64,000 nt of DNA from Cetorhinus maximus (Eukaryota). The stretch is taken from assembly GCF_964194155.1 (NCBI RefSeq), contig NC_135888.1, positions 112,592,001 through 112,656,000 of the forward strand, read 5' to 3'. The notes under the pieces were generated by a model. The model made no database searches. It was not told where the DNA came from and was given only the letters and a program-made list of their open reading frames with translations. This document shows positions 48,144-58,784 of the stretch, in pieces. The position numbers were made by a program, and so were the translations under genes. Position 1 is the stretch's first letter; every line of letters begins with the position of its first letter.

Positions 48144-49342
48144 GGCCAGATTTTTGCAGAGTTGGACTGACGTCAGAAGCCTTTAAAATAGTGGGCAGTA
48201 CCCAGATGCTGAAGGCCTGCTGCCAATTCCGAAAGGTCCCATTTTTTTTTCCAGCAGGGAGAAGGGGGCGAAGTGTGAACCACACAGGCGGGAAACCCAA
48301 ACTTAGCAGGGTCATTTGAAATTACTGCTGAGTATAAACAGATCCAATTTTAAAACACTGTTTCAGGGCCTTAACCTGAAGTGTGGGAGTCACAAGTTGA
48401 TGGAATAGACATAACCATTCTTGAAGGGTGGATAAGCTCTAAGTTTAAGTGTCAAGATCTGGAGTTTTTAAAAAAATTCTCAGCCCTTTAAATTTGAAAA
48501 AAGAACAAGCTTAGGCTGTCAGTTAGAGTTAAAAAAAAAAATGATCTGCTGGACTGCTTTGATTGACAGGACCTCTGACACAGGTTAGAAAAAAATATGA
48601 CAATCTGTTCCACAATTTCAATGGAGTTCTTTGTTAACATTTCCAAGGGTTATTATTATGTCATTATTAATGCTTGGTTGAATTTTAAAAGCCACAATTA
48701 TCTCAGTAGGAGATTCTGACTTGACAGTTTGATTGGCAGTTAAAAAGACTATTAATGGATTAGCTATCTTTGATGTGGGGACTGAATTGAAGTTTGCTTT
48801 TATAACAGATTGAACACCTGAGGAGGTTTAAAAGCTTTGAATGGGTTTCATGAATGCGAGTATTTTTGCTATCAAGTGCATATGAGTGAAAGTTGTATTA
48901 GATTATTAGAACATTCATCTCCACATGTTTCCTGAGGTGGATGCTGGATAAATTGCTTTGGAGGTGGCATGGGGATATGAGGAGCCATTGGTGGGGGGAT
49001 GGGTGGTGGGGTTGAGAATGCAAGGGGTGAGCGGGGTCATGATTTGGCATGAAGGAGCCATGGGGGTATGAGGATGAGGCTATAGGGCCTAACGGCTTCT
49101 AAAACAACTGAGACCAAGTCCCAAACAACTGAAGCAGGACTTCTAAAAAGCCCACCTCGTCATTCACTTGCCCCCATGGCCACCTATGATTTGCTTCCGG
49201 AGTTGGAAGGACTGACTTAACCCCACCCAACCTCCCTGGAGTGAAAATTGGGTCCAATGAGGCCCTTAAAACCCAAGTGGGTCTGCCAAGTTGGGAAACT
49301 TCCCGACTCAAGCTACTTGCTTCCATAAGCAAAACTCTGCCC
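48144..49342. mobile_element. Harbinger-type non-autonomous element, family B-like
   Basis: TIRs GGCCAGATTTT/AAAACTCTGCCC; TGACAG-rich core. Confidence 0.55.
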
Positions 49343-49414
49343 TCTGTCTCGAAAGTCTGTATATATTTTTAATCTCTCAATTGTCACATCAATCTTTAAA
49401 TTATGTTTTTTCAT

Positions 49415-50620
49415 GCAAGCGCAGGAGAATGCATCACCTCCCTTTTACCTCCTTGCTCCCAACCATCCAGGAACCAAACACTCACATTTCTGTCCTTGGC
49501 CTGCTGCAGTGTTCCAGTGAAGCTCAACACAAGCTTGAGGAACAACACCTCATCTTCCAATCAGGCAGTTCACAGCATCTACACTCAACAATGAGATCAA
49601 GAATTTTAGACCATGAGCTCTGTTACCCATTTTGATTCTTTTTTTTTTGCCATGTGCTGGTCTAAATCTTGTTTTCCATACTTCTTGCTTTCGGACAAAG
49701 CTTTTCATTATTCTGCCGTTCACACTCACTGTGGACAAATGCTTTGTTTCTTCACTACAAGTATTGCCACTCCCTTTGCCTTTTGCTCCATGGCACTTTT
49801 GTCATTTAATTTCTGTCCCCCTCTTCCCTATCCCAGACCTTCCCTTTTGTTCTTCCTCGCGCATTCCCCCTTTCAACAGCATAAATCCCATCACATTTCT
49901 ACCTTCCTTCAGTTCTGAAGAAGGCTCATATTTGACTTGAAACGTTAACTGTTTCTCTCGCCACAGATGCTGCTGTGTTTTTCGAGAGTTATTTCAGATT
50001 TCCAGCGTCCGCAGTATTTTGCCTTTATGGAATAATGATTCACTTCTATTTCTTTCAAATGTCTTCAATTGGGAAAACCAAATGCAACTTGGGTGATCAC
50101 TATGCAGAACACCTCCATTCAGTTTGCAAGCATGACCCTGTGTTTTCTGTTACTTGTCATTTTAAATCTCCACTCCATCCTCATTCTGACATCTCTGTTC
50201 TTGGTTTCCTATAGCATTGCAATGAAGCTCAATGGAAACGCAAGGATCAGCAAGTCAACTTCTGATTAGGTACTGTGCTTTATAACCTTCTGGACTCAAC
50301 AACGTGTTCAACAATTTCAGATCATAACTGCTGCTTCCACTTTTTCAGACAGCAGCTGGTTGTTGCTGTTCACACCCCCTCTAGGCCCACCTTTTCTTTA
50401 AGTGTCCTCGTACCATCTCCTTTTGCCTTCCAATCTCATCCCTTTTGCCATTTTCTTCTTTCCCTCACCCCCCCTTTCCCTGTATTTGTACTTGCTTAAA
50501 ATCTGTTACATCTCTAATGTTTTCCAGCTCTGAGGAAAGGCTATTGACTTGAAAGTTTAACTATGTTTTTCTCTCTGGAGATGCTGATGACCTGCTGAGT
50601 ATTTACAGTACTTTATGTTG
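49415..50620 (+). mobile_element. Two tandem decayed Penelope 3' ends
   Basis: GIY-YIG remnants (EAQHKLEEQHLIF; IGKTKCNLGDHYAEHLHSV), each followed by the same terminal sequence as 35540-35680. Confidence 0.75.
49910..49951 (+). ncRNA. Minimal type-I hammerhead ribozyme motif in a Penelope terminus
   Basis: CAGTT-CTGAAGA-(AGGCTCA tatt TGACTT)-GAAAC-GTT-AACTG: stem I CAGTT/AACTG, conserved core, palindromic loopless stem III. Confidence 0.6.
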
Positions 50621-50660
50621 TTATCTCTATTAATACTATTTAGTATCGCTGAAAAAAGAG

Positions 50661-50698
50661 ACATGTCAAAGCTTTTCATCTTGCACTCATCAGAAAAT
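50661..50698 (-). ncRNA. Degenerate minimal hammerhead motif
   Basis: Minus strand CTGATGA-GTGCAAGAT-GAAA-AGCT-TT-GACA; core intact, stem I decayed. Confidence 0.45.
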
Positions 50699-50860
50699 TC
50701 ACAAGAATATCAAATGTAAAGGGAACAATAATTTATACTTCATTAGAAGAGATTATCAGTAAGGCTCACAGTATGGTGCACTTATGCATGCTAGAAGCTA
50801 CATATATTAATACACAAAGCCCTGTTCTTTGTAGAAAGAACATGTACACAGATTGCATTT

Positions 50861-51369
50861 GGGGAAGTAGTGGCATAGTGATAGTGTCACTGGGCTAGTA
50901 ATCCAGACACCCAGGGTAATGCTCTGGGGATAAAAGCAAAATACTGCGGATCCTGGAAATCTGAAACAAAAACAGAAAATGCTGGAAAAGCTCAGCAGGT
51001 CTAGCAGCTTCTGTGGAGAGAGAAGCAGAGTTAACGTTTTGAGTCCGTATGACCCTTCTTCAGACCCTTCAAATGCTCTGGGGATCCGGGTTCGAATCCC
51101 ACCACAGCAGATGGTGGAAATCAAATTAATTAAAAATATGGAATTAGAAATCTAATGATGACCATGAAACCATTGCTGATTATCATAAAAACCTACCTGG
51201 TGACTCCACAGCAATGTGGTTGCTCCTTAAATGCTTTCTGAAGTGGCCGAGCAAGCCACTCAGTTGTATCAAGCTGTTACAGAAAATTGGACATACACCA
51301 CATGGACTGTGGCAGTTCAAGAAGGCAGTTCACCCCCAGTGATACACACATCCCATGAATAAAAAAAAA
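50861..51369 (+). mobile_element. tRNA-headed SINE variant, split by Penelope fragment 50932-51071
   Basis: A box TGGCATAGTG, B box GGTTCGAATCCC; retains extra LINE-derived sequence on both sides of its junction. Confidence 0.8.
50932..51071 (-). mobile_element. Short Penelope terminal insertion
   Basis: 14-bp TSD AATGCTCTGGGGAT (50918-50931, 51072-51085); begins just before a CTGAAGA hammerhead core. Confidence 0.8.
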
Positions 51370-51502
51370 TTGTGCCTGTTTTAACTGAACAAAATCAGTG
51401 ACAGCCATGCTCTGTTTCATTCCCCCATGCAATGCTGTGATCAATCAGAGTCAACCTGCCTGGTTTGAATTTAAACAAAGCCTGTTTAGTCATCAGTCAA
51501 CT

Positions 51503-54207
51503 TTCTCTTTTTCATTCACGGCCCAGCCAGCAAAGCCAGCATTTATTGCTGATCCCTAGTTGCCCTTGAGAAGGAGATGGTGAGCTGCCTTCCTGAACTG
51601 CTGCAGTGAGTATAGGTACACCCACAGTGCTGTTAGGAAGGGAGTTCCAGGATTTTGACCCAGTGACAGTGAAGCAACGGCGACATATTTCCAAGTCAGG
51701 ATGTTGAGTGACTTGGAGGGGAACTTCCAAGTGGTGGGGTTCCCATCCATCCTCTGCCCTTGTCCTTCTAGATGGTAGTGGTCATGGGTTTGGGAGGTGC
51801 TGTCTAAGCAGCCTTGGTGAATTCCTACAATGCATCTTGTAGATGGCACATACTGCTGCTACTGTGCGTCGGTGGTGGAATGAGTAAATGTTTATGGATG
51901 TGGTGCCAATCAAGCAGGCTGCTTTGTCCTAGACTGTATCAAGCTTCTTGAGTGTTGTAGGAGCTGCAGTCATCCAGGCAAGTGGGCAGTATTCCATCAC
52001 ACTCCTGGCTTGGGCCTTGTAGATGGTGGACAGGCTTTGGGGAGTCAGGAGAGGAGTTACTCACCTTGCAGGATTCCTAGCCGCTGACCTGCTCTTGTAG
52101 CCACAGTATTTATCTGGCTAGTCCAGTTCAGCTTCTGGTCAATGGTAGCCTCCAGGATGTTGATAGTGGGGATTCAGTGATGATAATGCCATTGAACATC
52201 AAGGGGAGATGGTTAGATTCTCTCTTGTTGACAGTCACTCTCACCTCACCTCCGGAGTTCAGCTATTTTGCCCATGTTTGAACCAAGGCTGTAATGAGGT
52301 GAGGAACTGAGTGGCCCTGGTGGAACCCAAACTAAGCATCAGTGAGCAGGTTATTGCTAAGCAAGTGCTGCTTGATAGCCCTGTTGATGACCCCTTCCAT
52401 TACTTTACTGATGATTGAGAGTAGACTGATGGGGCGGTAATTGGTCAGGTTGGATTTGTCCTGCTTTTTGTGTGCAGGACATACCTGGGCAATTTTCCAC
52501 ATAGCCAGGTAGATGCCAGTGTTGTAGCTGTACTGGAGCATCTTGGCTAGGGGCGCAGCAAGTTTTGGAGTACAAGTCTTCAGTACTATTGCCGGAATAT
52601 GGTCAGGGCCCGTGGCCTTTACAGTATCCAGTGCCTTCAGCCGTTTCTTGATATCACACGGATTGATACGAATTGGCTGAAGACTGGCATCTGTGATGCT
52701 GGGGACCTCCAGAGGAGGCTGAGATGGATCATCCACTCAGCATTTCTGGCTGAAGATTGTAGCAAATGTTTATCTTTTACATTGATTTGTTGGGCTTCCC
52801 CCTCATTGACAATGGGGATATTTGTGGAGCCTCCTCCTCCAATGAGTTGTTTAATTGTCCACCACCATTCACGACTGGATGTGGCAGGACTGCAGAGCTT
52901 AGATCTGATCCGTTGGTTGTGTGATCGCTTAGCTCTGTCCATTACTTGTTGCTTATGCTGTTTTACATGCAAGTAGTCCTGTGTTATAGTTTCACCAGGT
53001 TGACACCTCATTTTTAGGTATGCCTGGTGCCGCTCCTGGCATGCCCTTCTGCACTCTTTATTGAACCAGGGTTGATCCCCTCGCTTGATGGTAATGGTAG
53101 AGTGGGGGATATGCTGAGCCATGAGGTTACAGATTGTGTTCAAGTAAAATTCTGCTGCTGCTGATGGCCCAGAGCACCTCATGGGTACCCAGTCTTGAGT
53201 TGCTAGATCTGCTCGAAATCTATCCCATTTAACATGGTGGTAGTGCCACATAACACAATGGAATGTATCCTCAATATGAAGCGGGACTTCGTCTCCACAA
53301 TGGCTGAGGTCAAGTCTTTTAGGATTCGGCCAGCTGGGTCAGTAGTGGTGCTATATTGAAGTAGCCCACCCAGAGTACATTCAGCACCCTTGCCACCCTC
53401 AGTGCTTCCTCCAAGTGGTGTTCAACATGGAGGAGCACTGATTCATCAGCTGAAGGAGGGCAGTACGTGGTAATCAGCAGGAGGTTTCCTTGCCCACATT
53501 TGACTGATGCCATGAAACTTCATGGGGTCCGGGGTCAATGTTGCGGGCTCCCAGGGCAACTCCCTCCTGACTGTATACCGCTGTGCCACCACCTCTGCTG
53601 GGTCTGTCCTGCCAGTGGGACAGGACATACCCAGGGATGGTAATGGTGATGCCTGGGACATTATCTGTAAGATATGATTCCATGAGGATGACTAAATCAG
53701 GCTGTTGCTTGACTAGTCTGTGAGACAGCTCTCCCAATTTTGGCACTAGCCCCCAGATGTTAGTAAGGAGGACTTTGCAGGGGCGACAGGGCTGAGTTTA
53801 CCATTGTCGTTTCTGGTGCCTAGGTCGATGCCGGGTGGTCTGGCAGGTTTCATTCCTTTTTTGAGGCTTTGAAGCAGTTTGATACAGCTGAGTGGCTTGC
53901 TAGGCCATTTCAGAGGGCATTTAAGAGTCACTCTGTGGGTCTGGAGTCACATGTAGGCCAGACTAGGTAAGGAAAATTTCCTTCTCTCCCTAAGGAGGAA
54001 GGGCAAGTAAGGAAGAGCATTAGGTTTTTTACAATAATCAACAATGATTTCATGATCATCATTAGACTTTTAATTCCAAATTTTTATTGAATTCAAATCC
54101 CACCATCTGCTGTGGAGGGATTCAAACCCGGGGTTTGGACCCAGGGTATCACTCTGGGTCTCTGGATTACTAGTCCAGTGGCAATACCACCATGCTATCG
54201 CCTCCCC
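51503..54207 (-). mobile_element. Non-LTR retrotransposon (CR1/L2/Jockey-group) with a tRNA-derived 5' end and a single EN-RT ORF; RT core deleted near 52230
   Basis: EN: KVLLTNIWGL, VILMESYL, DRPSRGGG, TTYCPPS, WVGYFN. RT N-part: KATGPDHIP, NYRPISLLS. C-terminus ..KAAHHLLLKGN*. Head with A/B boxes at 54207-54115. Confidence 0.9.
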
Positions 54208-54948
54208 TGGTGTATTCTCCATGGCAAATCCTCTACCAATCAGGATTCACTTGCCAACCAATCAGCACACTCTTCTCATGAAGTATAAACTGTTATTTTG
54301 TTTACATTTGGTATCCTTGCGATGAGTGTAAGACAAAAAGCTTCAACATGACTCTTTTTTCTCTTTTTTACTCAAGTTCTGTACTAGCAAATGACTATTT
54401 AATACTATTTAGCATAATTATATTCTTATAAAACTGTAGACTCATTCTGAACATAGTGTTTGGTAAATCTTGTTGGAATGCATGTATTATATTTTAATGG
54501 CTTTTCTTGCTTGAAAACGAGTTCATCTTTATTAATTTTAATGACTAAAAGATTATGGGGTACGTGAATGCAAATTGCAGATATATACTCCAGGCATGCA
54601 AAACTCTTTGTGGAAACACAAATATCGATGTTTTGATCCCCATCAATAATCTCCCCCATGTTCTCACTAAAGTCCCACAATAATCAATAACAGAGCACAA
54701 AGTTCCTTAAAATCAAGCCCATTACATTGATCACTGATGAGAACAAAGTGATACGTTCCATGAGTTCACTACTATTAGGTCTGAACATTTACAATGCCTT
54801 TGGCAAAATTAGTTTCCTTGTAAATCATTTGACCTGGGTAACAGTATCAGAATAAATCTAATGTTATGAACTGTTAAAATATTACTGACAACAAATGATG
54901 GAGTGCAGCCAGAGGCACCATGTCAAGTAAGAAGTAATGATCACTTAC

Positions 54949-55097
54949 CTCACAGTGCTAAGCATGTTTCCAAACAGGAGTAAAGAATTTCAGTATGAAA
55001 GATAAAAGAAAGTGGAACGTCAGGTGACTATTCCACAAATCTAGGATCCTGTATGACACCTCATTTTTTCTCCCTAAGTTTAAGTATGTAGGTGTTT
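54949..55097 (-). other. Candidate 5' exon (mostly UTR; possible ATG giving MLSTV..)
   Basis: Strong acceptor ccttttctactttcacag and donor GAG|gtaagt; stops in all three frames. Confidence 0.4.
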
Positions 55098-55569
55098 CTG
55101 TGAAAGTAGAAAAGGATTCATGCGTTTGGTTCTTCCGGGTGCTTGCGTATAACCTAAATTGCTTTGATTATGAACATCAGGTTGGTATTTCCGGAATGCC
55201 CAGGTGCAAAGTTCAACTTTGTTTTATAGTGAACAGTAAACATTAAGGTCCATCTCCTCACTGAAACAATGTACTTGTGGAAAATCTCCCAGTTTCAGCC
55301 AATAGTTGATGTGAAACATTGTAGAAACTTGCTGGAAAGTTAAGTTTCTGTTTAAGAACTTACTGAACATTTTAGCACTGACTAGCCTTCATAGTTTTTC
55401 AAAATATCTACTCACTCTTTGCCATTACATTTGTCAAAGTAGAGTTTGCAACATGGAATATTACAATATAGGATTAGAGGAATATGTTGCGCTGAGCCAG
55501 TGACAAATCATAGATTTATTCTAGTAAGTTCCTGATTTTGTCTGTGCTGTCGGGTCAGTAAGGCAGTTA

Positions 55570-57150
55570 GTAGGGATTGAGCTTTTCTCAAAGGGAAATG
55601 AAAGAAACAAGCAAGAGTAGCAGATCAATCGTGATGGATAATTCTTGAGCTTCTCTCCTTTATGTCCCTTCTCCTCCTCCTCCAGCTTCTGCTCCTTAGC
55701 TTCTCGCCTGATAAGTGGTGACAAGAGCGGTCCCTTCATGATGGCAAGGTTGTGCGGCATGTAGCATACAACCACGTATCCAAAGACGCATGCAGACAAG
55801 CGCTGCAGAGCTCCTTCAGAGCAGCCTAGGCTTCTTCAGCATGCAAATGGTCTGTTCTATCAAATTTCTTGAGGTAGCATGACTCTTATTGTATGCATGC
55901 TGTGCACGTGTGCAATAATGTTTGGCCGAGGATTTCTCTTGTTACTCAGTCGTCAGCCTTTGATGTGCCATGGTGGCTGAAATACAGTTGGTACAACAGG
56001 AAAAAAGACGTCATGACTGCAGCCAGGATACTGTGCATGATGTATGGCAACATATCGGCTGCACATTGAAGAATTTGGAGTCCTTTTTGATTCAGATGCA
56101 TGGCAGAATTGACCTGATGCTCCGCAAAGCATTGTGCATAGTTAATGGCACCTGGCACTGTGGAGAAGACTGTAATCCTTGCAAACCCTTGTGTTCACTC
56201 CACCAGCTTCTCTCTGAAAAGAGGGAATGATATGAAGTTGTCTCCCTTTGAATAAAGAGCAAGTCACCTCTTGTAAGGAGCAGCACATGACAAACTACAA
56301 AATATTGCAATCTTTCCAGCACCAGCCTGGAAGGGGCCAGATGTATTAAAGTTAATCACCACAGTCATCTTCACAGCAGCTGGGAATGCAATCCCAGTGG
56401 GATTATAGCTGCAATAGGTGCCAGATTTCAATGACACTGTCTTTAGTGATAGACAGACAACTCAAACATTGGTTGTTGTTAAGGCTCATGTAGAATTGCT
56501 GTTTGAACACCCTGGTCATATATGGCTGCACGCTGAGAACTTTTCTTCCCCTCCTCCTCCTCCCTCCACCAACAGCTTGTCTTGCTCTGTGCAGTCTCTG
56601 CTCATTCTCCCACTCATGCTCAATTCCAAGAGTAAGGGCTGTTAGTATACCCATGACCGGGAGCAACTGGTTTGTTTAGAAACCTTGAAGTCAGCAAAAA
56701 GTACTTCTGCTCCTGCCACACCATTTCCAGTAGACTTTAGAAACTTGAAACAATTAGTGAAATCACCAAAACATGTAGAATTGCAATAGTCAAAAGTAAA
56801 CCAGCAACTAACCTGTACGCAACTGATGATCCCTTTAAATAGCATGGGAGGGAGGCTGCTTCATGTTGCTTAACATCGTGTCCAGTTTTACAAGGTTAAG
56901 AATGGGCATTAGCTGGAGTGCAGAACTCCAAAATGGCAGCACTGGTGTCAAATTAGTGCTGCTCGCTGATTTATGTCCTGATCTGTCTGCTCTGCACAGG
57001 TTTGGTGGACATAAAGTAAGCGTACGCTGCCCTTTATCAATATGGCACCCCAGTAAGTTTTGCATCAACATACAAACACCATTTTGGCGCCTTAAGAGGC
57101 CTTGGAGCAACCAAACAACAGGTGCTTTTTGAGCCCAATTTTGTTCCCCA
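55570..57150 (-). mobile_element. Harbinger remnant with decayed HARBI1-like DDE transposase (about 56657-55600)
   Basis: PYxxRVF..QCL..L.ITKDSVIEI.HLL, AFPAAVKMTV.INF, VPGAIN.AQ, NQKG....NVQ..C.H, PGCSHDVF remnants. Confidence 0.8.
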
Positions 57151-57472
57151 TTTCTTCCAAACTTCAATTCTCAGCTACAAAAATGTGTGAAATGTCTTTG
57201 CATAATGGTTGAAATCTACTCTTTTACACCAGGCTTATTTAGCTGGAACCTTTAGATTGAGAAAATTAGATCAACAAATACCATTAGTCGGTGTCAAGGA
57301 ATAAACAAAGTTTCAGAGCACAAATGGTTTGAAGTGGGGCATTTAGATCTAATCAAAAAAACTTGAAGTTGGACAATTTGGATTAAGTGTCTCTAATCCA
57401 ATTAGAAACGGGGGCAAAAACATCAGTGCTTTCATTTACAGTAACATGCTCCGAGGAACTCTACCAATGTAG

Positions 57473-57573
57473 ATAAAAGCAAAATACTGCGGTTGCTGGA
57501 AATCTGAAACAAAAACAAAAAATGCAGGGAAAACACAGCAGGTCTGACAGCATTTCCAACATTTTTTGTTTTT
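57473..57573. mobile_element. Short Penelope terminal insertion with partial inversion
   Basis: ATAAAAGCAAAATACTGCGG.. terminus; flanking CTAC(C/T)AATGTAGAT repeat. Confidence 0.7.
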
Positions 57574-57609
57574 CTACTAATGTAGATCCTTCTTCACATT
57601 AGTACTCAC

Positions 57610-57765
57610 CAAGTGAACTATTTCCTCAGTGCTTGCCTGTCACAATCTGCTCATAGCTGATACACCCATCCATAACAAATGAAACAGGTGTAAGTAAGGA
57701 GAGTAGGTCATTTGTTCTTTCAAAGGGCTAATAAGTGGTCTGCCATTTAACCAGAATTGTTTATG
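57610..57765 (-). other. Candidate 5' UTR exon
   Basis: ctctatacag acceptor and TTG|gtgagt donor in unique sequence; no clear coding frame. Confidence 0.25.
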
Positions 57766-58784
57766 CTGTATAGAGATTTGTTTATTCTCCACAAGCTTCC
57801 CTTTAATGAAATCTTGCAATAAAAGTTTGTACAGAATGAGGGTGTAGTTATAAGTAGGTGAATATTGTAAGACATGGGCGCTAAATTATGCCAGTTTTTC
57901 AGGCATTATGCATCCAAATAAGAGCCAAAGAGCCTGAGATATGAATGCCCATTTCTGATGGGAAGCACACAGAACTCTATCTTGGTAAAGGAGTTTGAGC
58001 GCCACCTAATGGCTGGCAGCAGCATTTGGAATAGCAAGTTGATGACAGAGCGTGGAATCTTGATTTGAAAACATCACTGCCATTTTCCAATTCCCTCATA
58101 CCAGTCTTAATCTCACAAAGCTGAACTTGACCTTGAACGGAATGAAGCAACCTACACCAACATTATTTCAAGGGATCATGGATATTAAAAATAGGAGCTG
58201 GAATATATCATGTGGCCATTTAATAAGGTCACAGCTTATCTTCTATTTCAACTGTACCTCCCCATTTCCCTTGATTTTCTTAATATTCAAAAACCCATCA
58301 AACACTGCCTTGAATATATTCAGTGACTGAGCATTCACACCTTTCTTGTCCAGAGAATTTCAAAGAATAGCAATCTTTTTAGTGAAGAAATTTCTCCTTA
58401 TTTCGTTCATAGCCTGAGACAGTGAGCCCGTGTTCTAGACTCTCCAGCCAAGAGAAACATCCTCTGAGATCCACTCTGTTAAGCCCTTTAGGAATTTTAT
58501 GATGGGGAAATTAATTATATAAATTAAGAACACTGTGTGGGTCACCCAGATAGCAGTTTGCGGTGTTGCCTAACCCCGGGAATTGGCATCAATCTGTGCC
58601 GTGCCGTGCCATTAGAAGCAGTTTTATGCAAACTAATTTCTCCCCCAATATGTTTCAATGGGACTTTTTAAAATTCTTTCACAGGATGTGGGCATCACTG
58701 ACTTTGTTGCCCTAAGTGCCCTTGAGAAGGCAGTGGTGAGCCACCTTCTTGAGCCGCTGGAGTCCATGCAGTGTAGATACACCC

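Larger units (their letters stand above)
50644..54398 (+). mobile_element. Second Penelope family: 3' end with an inverted terminal copy at its 5' side; hosts SINE and LINE insertions
   Basis: 14-bp TSD TTAATACTATTTAG (50630-50643, 54399-54412); 50650-50750 is the inverse of about 54270-54362; C-terminal remnant HLCMLEATYINTQSPVLCR near 50785-50835. Confidence 0.75.

Noticed and set aside
54100-54207. Functional tRNA-Thr gene (also at the SINE heads)
   Set aside because: No proper acceptor stem, an extra ~20-nt insertion before the T arm, and continuity with retroelement sequence.
54426-54680. 84-aa minus-strand ORF (MWDFSENMGE..)
   Set aside because: No ATG start, no convincing splice sites and no recognisable motif.
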